This document shows positions 8,382-17,195 of a DNA stretch of 33,110 nucleotides, one piece after another; the stretch's first letter is position 1, and each line of letters opens with the position of its first letter. Source of the stretch: a virus (taxonomy: Duplodnaviria > Caudoviricetes). Both the position numbers and the translations under genes were made by a program. Below the pieces are notes generated by a model that saw only the letters and a program-made list of their open reading frames with translations, ran no database searches and had not been told where the DNA came from. Location of the stretch: positions 1 to 33,110 of the IMG/VR virus record IMGVR_UViG_3300010362_000066; one strand, written 5' to 3'.

Positions 8382-11300
8382 TGGCGACCGCTGCGCCGAA
8401 GTCGTCCGTACCCGATCGTGTCGTGTACCTCAACGTCTACGTGGTGCTGAAAGATCCCAACGAGGTCAAGTACTGGCAGCAGTGGTGTAAGGACCACAAC
8501 CTGCCTGGCGTCACGCCGCCGATTCTTGGCTACATCGATTCGCCGAACGCGCTCGCCACACGGCACAACGCGCCGTGGAAGGGCTACACCGATCCGAAGG
8601 TCGGCGGGAACTACAGTTGGTCGCCGTGGAAGGCCGACGACAAAGGCAACGCGTTCCCGCTCGATCAGGCGGTATTTCAGATCAAGAGCGGCGGGTTCTG
8701 GATTTTCGGCGGCACGGTGATCGAGTACCGCTGGCTCGCGCAGTTTGTCGTCGGCACCGATCCGGATCATCCCGACGGCGGCACGAGCACGGCCTACGGG
8801 CCGATTCGCAATCGCCGGTGGATCTGCGGCTTCGAGCTCGCCGCGATGCGGAAGGGCGACCTCGTTCGACTGTCGCCGGATGCCGCGCGCCATGTGGGCG
8901 GGCTCGGCTTCGCGATCCGACAGAACTCAGGCACGGTGAACATCACCACCACGTATTACGGCGGCACGGCCCCGCAGCAGAGTTGGGAACGCTTCTATCT
9001 GCGGCTGCGGCGGAAACCGACCACGACGAACCCTGTCTTCTGGCAAACACGCGGGACGCCGTCGACGACGCCGAGAGTGCAGCTGGGGATGACGCCCGCC
9101 GGCGACGTCGTGGCCTACGGCTACGATGGGTCGACCACCGTCACGCTCGGCACGGTCGTGCGGATGACCGAGTGGGACCCAGTCACCAATCCCCACGCGT
9201 GGCGGAAGTTCGATGTGTTCATCCGCTACGATGGCGCGGCGCCCGCCAGCAATACGAACCTCCTCAGCATCTTCGTGGATGGCAACCCCGTGTTCTCGGT
9301 CGGGCCCAACGTGCCTGGGTTAGCGACCAACGCGCACACCGACAGCGAGTTTGTATCGCCGAGTCTTGGGACGGACCTCCTCGAACTCGATGTCGATGAC
9401 TGGATCAACGCCGACCCCGGCAACGGCACCCCGCCGGTGGCGTACTTCGGGCCGACCGGCAAAGACGGCTATGCCGGCTCCAAGATCGTGCGGTTGCATC
9501 CGAAGGGCTTCTCCACCAACCACAACGCCGGGGCGTGGCCTGGCGATTTTCGCGTGCTCCTGCAGTCCATGATGACGCTGGGCGCGCCGATGTACGCGCT
9601 CTCGAGCAGCACCTCCGGCGCCCTGCTGGCGGTCGACACCGATGATGCGATTCAAGTCGATGCGGACACGGGCAAGTTCGGGTGCGCGGCGCTGCTCGCT
9701 GCCGCGGGCGGCGTGAAAACCTTTGCGGCGGCGAACGGGCAGGTCGGGGCGAGAGCGGCGGGCGTCACCAGCATGAAGACGATGACCGAGTCGAACGCAC
9801 TGACCGGCAACAGCGCATTGATGAACCCGCCGACGGTGGCCGTCGATCCGCCCGACTACACTCCGATCGAACTCCGGCGCACCAAAGGGACCGACGCGAA
9901 CGCCTCGAGTACGCACTGTCTCTCGGGCGAGGCCGAACTCGTCGGGACGTGGGCGAAGTGTGACCTCTACGCGCTGACGCCCGAAGCGCGGGCGATCTAT
10001 GACGCCTACGTCGAACCGGTGTGGGTGGGGCAACACAACTGGTCCTACCCGCTGTCGCCGTGGGCGCAAGGTGGGGAAGCGCCGCCGCTGTCGCCGTTCA
10101 TCGTCAAGTGCGGCACGTATGTCGGCAACAATACCGGCCAGGATCTCGAGTTCCGCGCGCCGGTCAACTGGCTCTGGATTCGCCGCACGGGCGGCGGCAC
10201 GGTGGGCGTCTATACGTGGTGGACGGGGATGCTCGGCGCGCACAAGGACCACAGCACGGCGGTGTCGTCGCAGGTCCCGCTCGGCATCGAGGATGCGACC
10301 TACGTCGGCGCGAGCGGCGAAGGGCAGCAGCAAAGCTACCTTCTGCGTCTCGCCGGCAACGATCCGAGCAACAACGCGATCGGGATCACCTACCAGTACA
10401 TCGCCGTCTGCGACCCTGGCTCGCGCTACATGCTGAACATGTCGTGCGTGCATCGCAACGCCGAGGGCACCTACGACAACAAGCTCGTGAACGCCGACTG
10501 GCTGACCGAGTTCGCGTTCCTGCAGATGGAAGAGGCCGGCGCCGGCCCCGCGCGCCCGCTGTATGCGCGCGGACCCAACAGCCAGAGCGATGCGATGTCG
10601 GCCTTCGACGTGGGCAACGCGATCACGAACAGCCTGAGTTTTGCGGCGGGGATCGTCACCAGCAAGGCCGGCGTGCACGCGGGCTCGTCGTACAACAACG
10701 CGTTCAGTCTCTGGCGCCACAGTGACGGCAACGGCGATCCGGGGCAGCCAGGCACGGTGCAGATCGGCGGCTACACGGGCGACGGCTCGGGCTCGCGCAC
10801 GATCGGCCTCACGCCGAGCGGCCTGCGGCCCGTGTTCGCGATTTTCTTCACCGAGGCGGTTGCCACGGGGTTCTGGCGCGATCCCTCGCACACCAGCACG
10901 AACAGCGCGAACTACGCCGGCACCGACACCGCGAACGGCATCACCGGCGGCGGCATCGATTCGATCACCGTCGGCAGTGCGCTGAACACGAACGCGATCC
11001 GCTACAACTATCTGGTCCTGATGGGCAGCGCGACGGCCGGCAACAACGGCTGGGGCGTGAACGGCGAGTTCATCAACGGGGAGTTCTATCCGCCGGCGAA
11101 CGGCCCGTGGCCGCCGATCACCGGCGAGCCGCCAGGCGCCCCAGGCACCGAGCCGCCAAGTGGCGGCGGCGGCGCGGGACCGCCGGAGCCGCCTGGGAAT
11201 AACACCGGCGCAGGGTGCGTCGGGTCGACGCAGTCGCTGATGAATCAGGCCCTGTCGCGGATCGGCGTCAGTAAGCAGATCGGCGACCTCGCCGCCGAGT

Positions 11301-12547
11301 TGACGATCGAGGCGACCAGCGCGCGCCTCATCGTGGACGATGACGTGGACGCGACCCTGCGCGACTTTGCCTGGCCGTTCGCCACGAAGTACGCCGCGCT
11401 CGCTCTCGTCAGCGGGAGTCCGGCCGCGCCGACGAATCAGGATTGGATCTACACCTACCAGCGCCCGGCGAATTGCGTCTACGAGCGGCGGATTGTCCTC
11501 GACCGCGGGACCGCGATCGATCCGACGCCGCCGCCGTTCGCGCTCGGGAGCGATGCCGCCGGCGGCGGCCTGATCTACTCCAACGTCGCGAACGCGGTCC
11601 TTGAGTACACCGCGCGCGTGTTCTGCCCCGCGAGCCAGGGCGACGCGCTCTTCCGCGAAGCGCTGATGTGGCGCTTTGCCGCGAGTCTCGCGCCGGCCCT
11701 CTCGCGCATGGAAGGCAAGACCGAGAACGCGCTACAGATGTACGAGCGCGTGCTGCTGAAGGCGCAGCAGATCCTGCGGCCGGGCAACCCCGGCAACCCT
11801 GCGGCGGCCGGTGCGCTGGATCAGAGCGCCGCCGCGCAGGCTGCGAACCTCGCGGTTGTGAATCTCGCGCTGGTCCGGATCGGGGCGCACACGATTCGGA
11901 GTCTGGCCGAGCAGAACCGCGAGGCGACCGCGGCCCGTCTCGTCTTCGAGGAGGAGCTCGTCGCGACACTGCGCGACTTCCCGTGGGCGTTTGCGACCGC
12001 CTACGTCGATCCCCTCACCCTGTTGAGTGGCACTCCAGCGGCGCCGGTCAATCCCGACTGGACCTATGCGTATGCGTTGCCGACCGATTGCGTGTTCGCG
12101 CGGCGACTGACGAGCGGCGCCAGGCGAACGTGGGAAGAGCAGCCGCCGAAGTTCCGCATCGGTCAGGACGGCACGACGCGCGCGCAAGTGCTCTTCACCG
12201 ACGAACAGGACGCGGCGCTCGAGTACACCGCGCGCCTCGACGGCATCGTCGCGCTCGGCGATCAACTCTTCCGCGAAGCGCTGTCGTGGAAACTCGCGGC
12301 CACGCTCGCGCCGTCGGTCGCGCAAGTTACGCCGGAGTATCCGCCTGAGCAATTCGGCCGCGGGCCCGATGACGCGCGCGAGCAGCGGACGCCGAAGCCG
12401 ACCGGCGTGCAACTGCGCCGGCAACTCGCGCTTGATGCCGCCGCGAACTACGCGGCGACCATCGCGAAGGCCAAAGCGATCAACGCGCGCGAGCAGCAGC
12501 CGGACCTCGACGAACCGGACGCCCCGTGGATTCTGGGGCGCAACTAG
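8381..12547 (+). CDS. Tail appendage protein fused to two tandem tail adaptor (tail tubular protein A, T7 gp11-like) domains
   Basis: ~900-aa beta-rich N-region with GTYVGN/GGYTGDG repeats, Pro/Gly linker, then two copies of N.AL.RIG...LRDF.W.FAT...W.Y.Y..P..C...LEYTAR...D.LFREAL.W..AA.LAP; precedes nozzle. Confidence 0.85.
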   Translation: MATAAPKSSVPDRVVYLNVYVVLKDPNEVKYWQQWCKDHNLPGVTPPILGYIDSPNALATRHNAPWKGYTDPKVGGNYSWSPWKADDKGNAFPLDQAVFQIKSGGFWIFGGTVIEYRWLAQFVVGTDPDHPDGGTSTAYGPIRNRRWICGFELAAMRKGDLVRLSPDAARHVGGLGFAIRQNSGTVNITTTYYGGTAPQQSWERFYLRLRRKPTTTNPVFWQTRGTPSTTPRVQLGMTPAGDVVAYGYDGSTTVTLGTVVRMTEWDPVTNPHAWRKFDVFIRYDGAAPASNTNLLSIFVDGNPVFSVGPNVPGLATNAHTDSEFVSPSLGTDLLELDVDDWINADPGNGTPPVAYFGPTGKDGYAGSKIVRLHPKGFSTNHNAGAWPGDFRVLLQSMMTLGAPMYALSSSTSGALLAVDTDDAIQVDADTGKFGCAALLAAAGGVKTFAAANGQVGARAAGVTSMKTMTESNALTGNSALMNPPTVAVDPPDYTPIELRRTKGTDANASSTHCLSGEAELVGTWAKCDLYALTPEARAIYDAYVEPVWVGQHNWSYPLSPWAQGGEAPPLSPFIVKCGTYVGNNTGQDLEFRAPVNWLWIRRTGGGTVGVYTWWTGMLGAHKDHSTAVSSQVPLGIEDATYVGASGEGQQQSYLLRLAGNDPSNNAIGITYQYIAVCDPGSRYMLNMSCVHRNAEGTYDNKLVNADWLTEFAFLQMEEAGAGPARPLYARGPNSQSDAMSAFDVGNAITNSLSFAAGIVTSKAGVHAGSSYNNAFSLWRHSDGNGDPGQPGTVQIGGYTGDGSGSRTIGLTPSGLRPVFAIFFTEAVATGFWRDPSHTSTNSANYAGTDTANGITGGGIDSITVGSALNTNAIRYNYLVLMGSATAGNNGWGVNGEFINGEFYPPANGPWPPITGEPPGAPGTEPPSGGGGAGPPEPPGNNTGAGCVGSTQSLMNQALSRIGVSKQIGDLAAELTIEATSARLIVDDDVDATLRDFAWPFATKYAALALVSGSPAAPTNQDWIYTYQRPANCVYERRIVLDRGTAIDPTPPPFALGSDAAGGGLIYSNVANAVLEYTARVFCPASQGDALFREALMWRFAASLAPALSRMEGKTENALQMYERVLLKAQQILRPGNPGNPAAAGALDQSAAAQAANLAVVNLALVRIGAHTIRSLAEQNREATAARLVFEEELVATLRDFPWAFATAYVDPLTLLSGTPAAPVNPDWTYAYALPTDCVFARRLTSGARRTWEEQPPKFRIGQDGTTRAQVLFTDEQDAALEYTARLDGIVALGDQLFREALSWKLAATLAPSVAQVTPEYPPEQFGRGPDDAREQRTPKPTGVQLRRQLALDAAANYAATIAKAKAINAREQQPDLDEPDAPWILGRN
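11225..12544 (+). repeat. Tandem duplication of the adaptor domain, ~618-nt period
   Basis: GAGTACACCGCGCGC at 11603 and 12221; CTCTTCCGCGAAGCGCTG at 11648 and 12266; both offsets 618 nt. Confidence 0.9.
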
Positions 12548-14773
12548 ATGCCCGAGAGCATCCTGCAACGCTCGTTCGCCGGCGGCGAGCTCGCGCCGGC
12601 GCTCACCATGCGCGCGGATCTCGCGAAGTACACCATGGGGCTGCGGACGTGTCGCAACTTTCTGGTGCGCCGCGAGGGCGGCGTCAGTAACCGACCAGGG
12701 ACACGCTTCGTTGCCGCTGCCAAGGACAACGATCCGGGCAAGCTCCTCATGCGCTACATCTCGAGCGAGCCCGGCCAGTCGGTACTCATCGAGGCCGGCA
12801 CGGGCTACTTCCGCTTTTATCTGAACGGCGCCGCGCTCAGTCTCAGCGGGCCGGCGGCCGCCTACAACGGGGCGACGGCGTACGTGCCGGGCGACCTCGT
12901 CTCAAGTGGCGGCGTGAACTACTACTGCCACACGATGACGACGGGGAACGCGCCGCCGAACGAGTCGTACTGGTTTGCCCTCACGGGCTTGCTCTACGAG
13001 CTCCCCACGCCCTACGGCGGCGTGACGCCGATGTTCAAGTGGAGCCAGAGCGGTAACGTCATCACGATCACCGAACGCAATCAGCACCCGCGCGAACTCA
13101 TTTGCTACAGCCTCACGCGCTGGGTCTTGCACGACATCACGACGCTCCCGCAGGTCAGCGCGCCGACCAGTGGGTTCAGCGGCGCCTCAGGGCCCGTAGG
13201 CACGCTCACCTATCACTACGTGGTGACCACGATCGATGAGGCAACCAACGAGGAGAGCAACCCCTCGACGCCGATTGATGTGACGTTCACCGACCCGCCC
13301 ACCGAGCATGAACCGATTGTCCTGGGCTGGGACGCGGTCACGGGCGCCGCCGAGTACAACGTCTACCGCGACCCGACGGGCAACGGCATCTACGGCTACG
13401 TCGGCAGCACGACGACGAACGCCTTTTACGACACGCTGTTGGTGCCCGACATGATGCTCACCCCCCCGCAGGCGCAGACCCCGTTCGAGGACGTGAACGA
13501 TTATCCGGACTGCTCGGCCACGCATCAGCAGCGGCGCTACTTCGGCAACACCGATCACCAACCCGATGCGGTGTGGGGATCACGCATCGGCTATCCGAGC
13601 AACTTCAGCATCTCGACGCCGCTGCAGGACGACGACAGTGTCAACTTCAAAGTGGCCGGCAACAACCACCATGCGGTGTGGTTCCTGCTCACGCTGAAGG
13701 CCGGCTTAATCCTGATGACGACGGCCGGCGAGTGGAGCGTCGTCGGTGACAACGGCGGCATCATCAAGCCGGACGCGATCCAGGCCGACCAGAACACCTA
13801 CGTCGGGTCGCATCCGAAAGTGGCGCCGGTCATCATCGGCAACAGCGTGATCTATCCGCAACTGCATGGCAACGTGCTGCGCGAGATCCGGTTCGACCAA
13901 CAGGTCGAAGGCCTCGCTGGCCGCGACCTCACGTTGTTTGCGGCGCACCTCTTCGAGGGGCACACGATCGTGGACCTCGACTACCAGCAGACACCCGACT
14001 CGATCATCTGGGCCTGTCGCAGCGACGGCGTGCTGCTCGGGCTCACCTACATTCCCGAGGCGGATGTCTGGGGCTGGCACCGCCACGACAGCGCGGCCGC
14101 GGCGCACTTCGAGGACGTGTGCGTCGTGCCGGAGCTCGGGCGCGACGTCCCGTACTTCCTGGTCAAGCGCACGATCGGCGGCGGCACCGTGCGCTACATC
14201 GAGGCGCTCGAGGACCGCACGATCTTCAACTGGAACCAGGACGTGTTCTTCGTCGACTGCGGCCTGAGCTATCACGGCGCGCCCGTCTCAAGCGTGAGTG
14301 GGCTCGGGCATCTCAACGGACAAGTGGTCGCCGTGGTCGGCGATGGCACCGTCGTCTACAACGGTGATCCCGCCGGCGCGAACGCGGCGTCGTTCACGGT
14401 CAGCGGCGGCAGTGTGAGTCTCGGCGGCAGTTACTCGGATGTGCATGTCGGGCTCGCGATCCGCTTCGCGGATCTTGAGACGCTGAACCTCGACGTGCAG
14501 GGGCAGGCGATCCGCGACAAGTGGAAACGGCTCGGCAGCGTGAGTGTGATCGTCGATAAGAGTGCGCGCAGTTTTCAGGCGGGACCGGACCTCGCGCACC
14601 TCTCGAGTTACTTGCCTGCGCCGTATGACCCGACGAGCGCGAGCGTGAGCGACGACCTCGAGTTCAACATCACGGCCGTCTTCACGCATCACGGCCGCTT
14701 CGTCATTCGCCACAGTGATCCGCTGCCGTTGACCATTCTCGGCGTGATCCCGAACGTGGAGCTCGGAGGGTAG
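12548..14773 (+). CDS. Tail nozzle / tail tubular protein B (T7 gp12, BPP-1 Bbp13-like)
   Basis: QRSFAGGELAP, CRNFLVRREGGVSNRPGT, YPDCSATHQQRRYF, WGWHRH, FFVDCG, PLPLTILGV. Confidence 0.92.
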   Translation: MPESILQRSFAGGELAPALTMRADLAKYTMGLRTCRNFLVRREGGVSNRPGTRFVAAAKDNDPGKLLMRYISSEPGQSVLIEAGTGYFRFYLNGAALSLSGPAAAYNGATAYVPGDLVSSGGVNYYCHTMTTGNAPPNESYWFALTGLLYELPTPYGGVTPMFKWSQSGNVITITERNQHPRELICYSLTRWVLHDITTLPQVSAPTSGFSGASGPVGTLTYHYVVTTIDEATNEESNPSTPIDVTFTDPPTEHEPIVLGWDAVTGAAEYNVYRDPTGNGIYGYVGSTTTNAFYDTLLVPDMMLTPPQAQTPFEDVNDYPDCSATHQQRRYFGNTDHQPDAVWGSRIGYPSNFSISTPLQDDDSVNFKVAGNNHHAVWFLLTLKAGLILMTTAGEWSVVGDNGGIIKPDAIQADQNTYVGSHPKVAPVIIGNSVIYPQLHGNVLREIRFDQQVEGLAGRDLTLFAAHLFEGHTIVDLDYQQTPDSIIWACRSDGVLLGLTYIPEADVWGWHRHDSAAAAHFEDVCVVPELGRDVPYFLVKRTIGGGTVRYIEALEDRTIFNWNQDVFFVDCGLSYHGAPVSSVSGLGHLNGQVVAVVGDGTVVYNGDPAGANAASFTVSGGSVSLGGSYSDVHVGLAIRFADLETLNLDVQGQAIRDKWKRLGSVSVIVDKSARSFQAGPDLAHLSSYLPAPYDPTSASVSDDLEFNITAVFTHHGRFVIRHSDPLPLTILGVIPNVELGG

Positions 14774-14778
14774 GGGCG

Positions 14779-15399
14779 ATGGCATTTACGACGGCCATGC
14801 TGGTGATGGGGATCGCCTCGATGGCGACCTCGACCTACGGCCAGGTGCGCGCGGGGCGCGCAGCGAAGCGCGCCGGCGAGGCGCAGCAACAGGTCGCCGA
14901 GAGCGAAGCGCAACTGAGCGACTACAACGCGCAGGTCGCCGAGCTCCAGGCAAAGGACGCGCTCGAGCGTGGCGGCGAGAAAGAATCGCGGTTCCGCGAC
15001 CAGGTGCGCGGCCTGATTGGCTCGCAGCGCGCCGGCTTCGCGGGCGCGAACGTCGACGTGGGCTACGGCTCGGCGGCCGACGTGCAGGCCGATGCGGCGT
15101 TCCTCGGCGAACTCGACGCGCTGACGATCCGGAACAACGCGGCGCGCGAGGCTTGGGGCTACAAAGTGGAAGCGGAAGACTTGCGGCGGCGCGCCGAGAT
15201 TCAGCGTCAGGGCGGCGAGATGGCGGCGGCCGCCGGCCGCGAGGCGGCAAAGGGCGCCTACATCGGCGCGGCCGGCACGGTGCTTGGCGGGACCAGTTCG
15301 CTATTGGCGACGAGGTACGGGTTCAACGAACGCGACCAAACGGCGCGACAACAGGCGTATTGGGCCGCGGGCAACACGGGACCTGTCGCGCGGGGCTAG
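14779..15399 (+). CDS. Small ejection (internal virion) protein, T7 gp14-like position
   Basis: Hydrophobic N-terminus, Ala/Gln-rich helix, QRAGFAGANVDVGYGSA..DALTIRNNAAREAWGY motif. Confidence 0.8.
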   Translation: MAFTTAMLVMGIASMATSTYGQVRAGRAAKRAGEAQQQVAESEAQLSDYNAQVAELQAKDALERGGEKESRFRDQVRGLIGSQRAGFAGANVDVGYGSAADVQADAAFLGELDALTIRNNAAREAWGYKVEAEDLRRRAEIQRQGGEMAAAAGREAAKGAYIGAAGTVLGGTSSLLATRYGFNERDQTARQQAYWAAGNTGPVARG

Positions 15400-15402
15400 A
15401 CC

Positions 15403-17193
15403 ATGCCGACGGTTCGTACCTACGGTCCACGCCAAGTTCTCACCGAAGCGCTGCCTGGCGTCCGCAAGCAGGCCGCACTCACCGAGGAGGCGGCCGGCGT
15501 CGGCGTCGAGCGGGCGAAGATCGGCACGGGCCAGGCGCTCGCGCAAGTCGGCGGGCAACTCGCGCAGACGGCCTTCAGCGAGTACCAGCAGACGCGGCAG
15601 AAGGAGATCAACGAGGCCGATCAGATCGCCGTCATGGAAGCCGAGACGGCACTCGGTCGCTGGGAAAACACGCGACTCTTCGGCGATGGGGGCGCCCTCT
15701 CGCAACAAGGCAAAAACGCGCTCGGCCTCCCCGAACAGGTGAACGAGGAGTACAACCAGTTCGCCGACGAGATCGCCAGCGGCCTCTCGACCGACCGCCA
15801 ACGGCTCGCGTTTCAGAAAGTCCGATTGCAACGGGGCATGGGCCTCGACATGACGGTGCAGCGGCACGTCTCTGGAGAAATTCAGAAGTACAAAACGGAG
15901 ACGGTGAAGGCCAACGTCGGTAACGCGTCCAACCTCGCAATCGCGTACGGGCTCGATCCCGAGCGCTCCAAAGCTGAACTCGACCGCGCCCTCAACACCA
16001 TCGACATCGCCGGCGCCCAACTCGGCCTCCCGCAAGTGCAGATCGATGCGATGAAGCTTGATACGCAGACCGCCGTACATGAGGGTGTGATCAATCGCCT
16101 GCAGGAGAACGACAAGTACGATGAGGCCGAAGTCTATTTCAAAAAGTACAAAGAACTCGGCCAGATCCGAGGCGACAAACTCGATGACCTCGAGAAAAAA
16201 GTGCAGATCGGCAACGTCAACGTCGAGGCGCAGCGGATGGCCGACAAGATCCTCGCGGACCCGAGCCTCGATACGCTCGCCAAACAACAGGAGCGCGCGA
16301 AAGAGCTCGCCGGCGAGAAGCACAAAGGTGAACTCCGCGACAAGGTCAACGCGCAACTCGAGCATCAACAGGCACTCAAGGACCGCGCGGAGAATCAACG
16401 CGAAGAAAACCTGCTCAACGAGATCAACACACGGCTCTATCGCAATGGCGGTGATCTGACCTCCATCAAACCGTGGGAGGAGGCAGCGCTTGGCAAGCAC
16501 ATGCCGAACATCCGCTCGTTCGCGCAGTCACTGCAGCAAGGCAACGAACCGACGCTCAACCTCGGCGCGTACTACACGCTCAAGACGATGGCGAGCAGTG
16601 ACGATCCGAAACAACGCCAAGCCTTCATGGATACCACGCTCCCGAGCCTCAGTCACTTACTCCCAAAGCACGAAATGATGGAGATGATCGAGCTTCAAAC
16701 CAACATGCGGCAGGCGACCAATAAGGCGCCGAACGTCGTCGCCGGCATCCGCTCGAATGAGGACATGTTCAAGAACACGATGCTCGACGCCGGCCTCGAC
16801 GTCGACAGCGATGGCGCCAGACTCATTCACCGCCAGTGGGATTTACAAGTCGACCTCGAGCAAAGCGCCGGCAAACCCATCCCGAGCTCGCGGAAGCAGG
16901 AGATCCTCGACGACATCTGGCAGAGTGTCATCCTCAAGCCCGGTGGCGTGTGGAACTACTTCGGCGGCGGCGACGTCACGAAACCGATCAGCAAACTCAC
17001 GATCGACGACATCCCGCAGGACGAACGCCGCCAACTGTTTGAGGCGGTGCGGCGCGCCTTCCCCACGGTCGCCGAGCGCACCGCCGATGGCAAGATCAAT
17101 CCGCAGTTTGAACAGCGTCTCTTACGGCAGTACATCTACACGAAGCGGAGCCAGGGCAAGGGTAGAGGCTTTAAGTACGTGGCGCCGGAGTAA
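15403..17193 (+). CDS. Middle ejection (internal virion) protein, T7 gp15-like position
   Basis: MPTVRTY start, all-helical 596 aa, QQGKNALG motif; lies between small and giant ejection genes. Confidence 0.7.
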   Translation: MPTVRTYGPRQVLTEALPGVRKQAALTEEAAGVGVERAKIGTGQALAQVGGQLAQTAFSEYQQTRQKEINEADQIAVMEAETALGRWENTRLFGDGGALSQQGKNALGLPEQVNEEYNQFADEIASGLSTDRQRLAFQKVRLQRGMGLDMTVQRHVSGEIQKYKTETVKANVGNASNLAIAYGLDPERSKAELDRALNTIDIAGAQLGLPQVQIDAMKLDTQTAVHEGVINRLQENDKYDEAEVYFKKYKELGQIRGDKLDDLEKKVQIGNVNVEAQRMADKILADPSLDTLAKQQERAKELAGEKHKGELRDKVNAQLEHQQALKDRAENQREENLLNEINTRLYRNGGDLTSIKPWEEAALGKHMPNIRSFAQSLQQGNEPTLNLGAYYTLKTMASSDDPKQRQAFMDTTLPSLSHLLPKHEMMEMIELQTNMRQATNKAPNVVAGIRSNEDMFKNTMLDAGLDVDSDGARLIHRQWDLQVDLEQSAGKPIPSSRKQEILDDIWQSVILKPGGVWNYFGGGDVTKPISKLTIDDIPQDERRQLFEAVRRAFPTVAERTADGKINPQFEQRLLRQYIYTKRSQGKGRGFKYVAPE

Positions 17194-17195
17194 CG

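Noticed and set aside
7122-12547. Diversity-generating retroelement as in BPP-1
   Set aside because: No reverse transcriptase and no adenine-variable TR/VR repeat pair seen in the window
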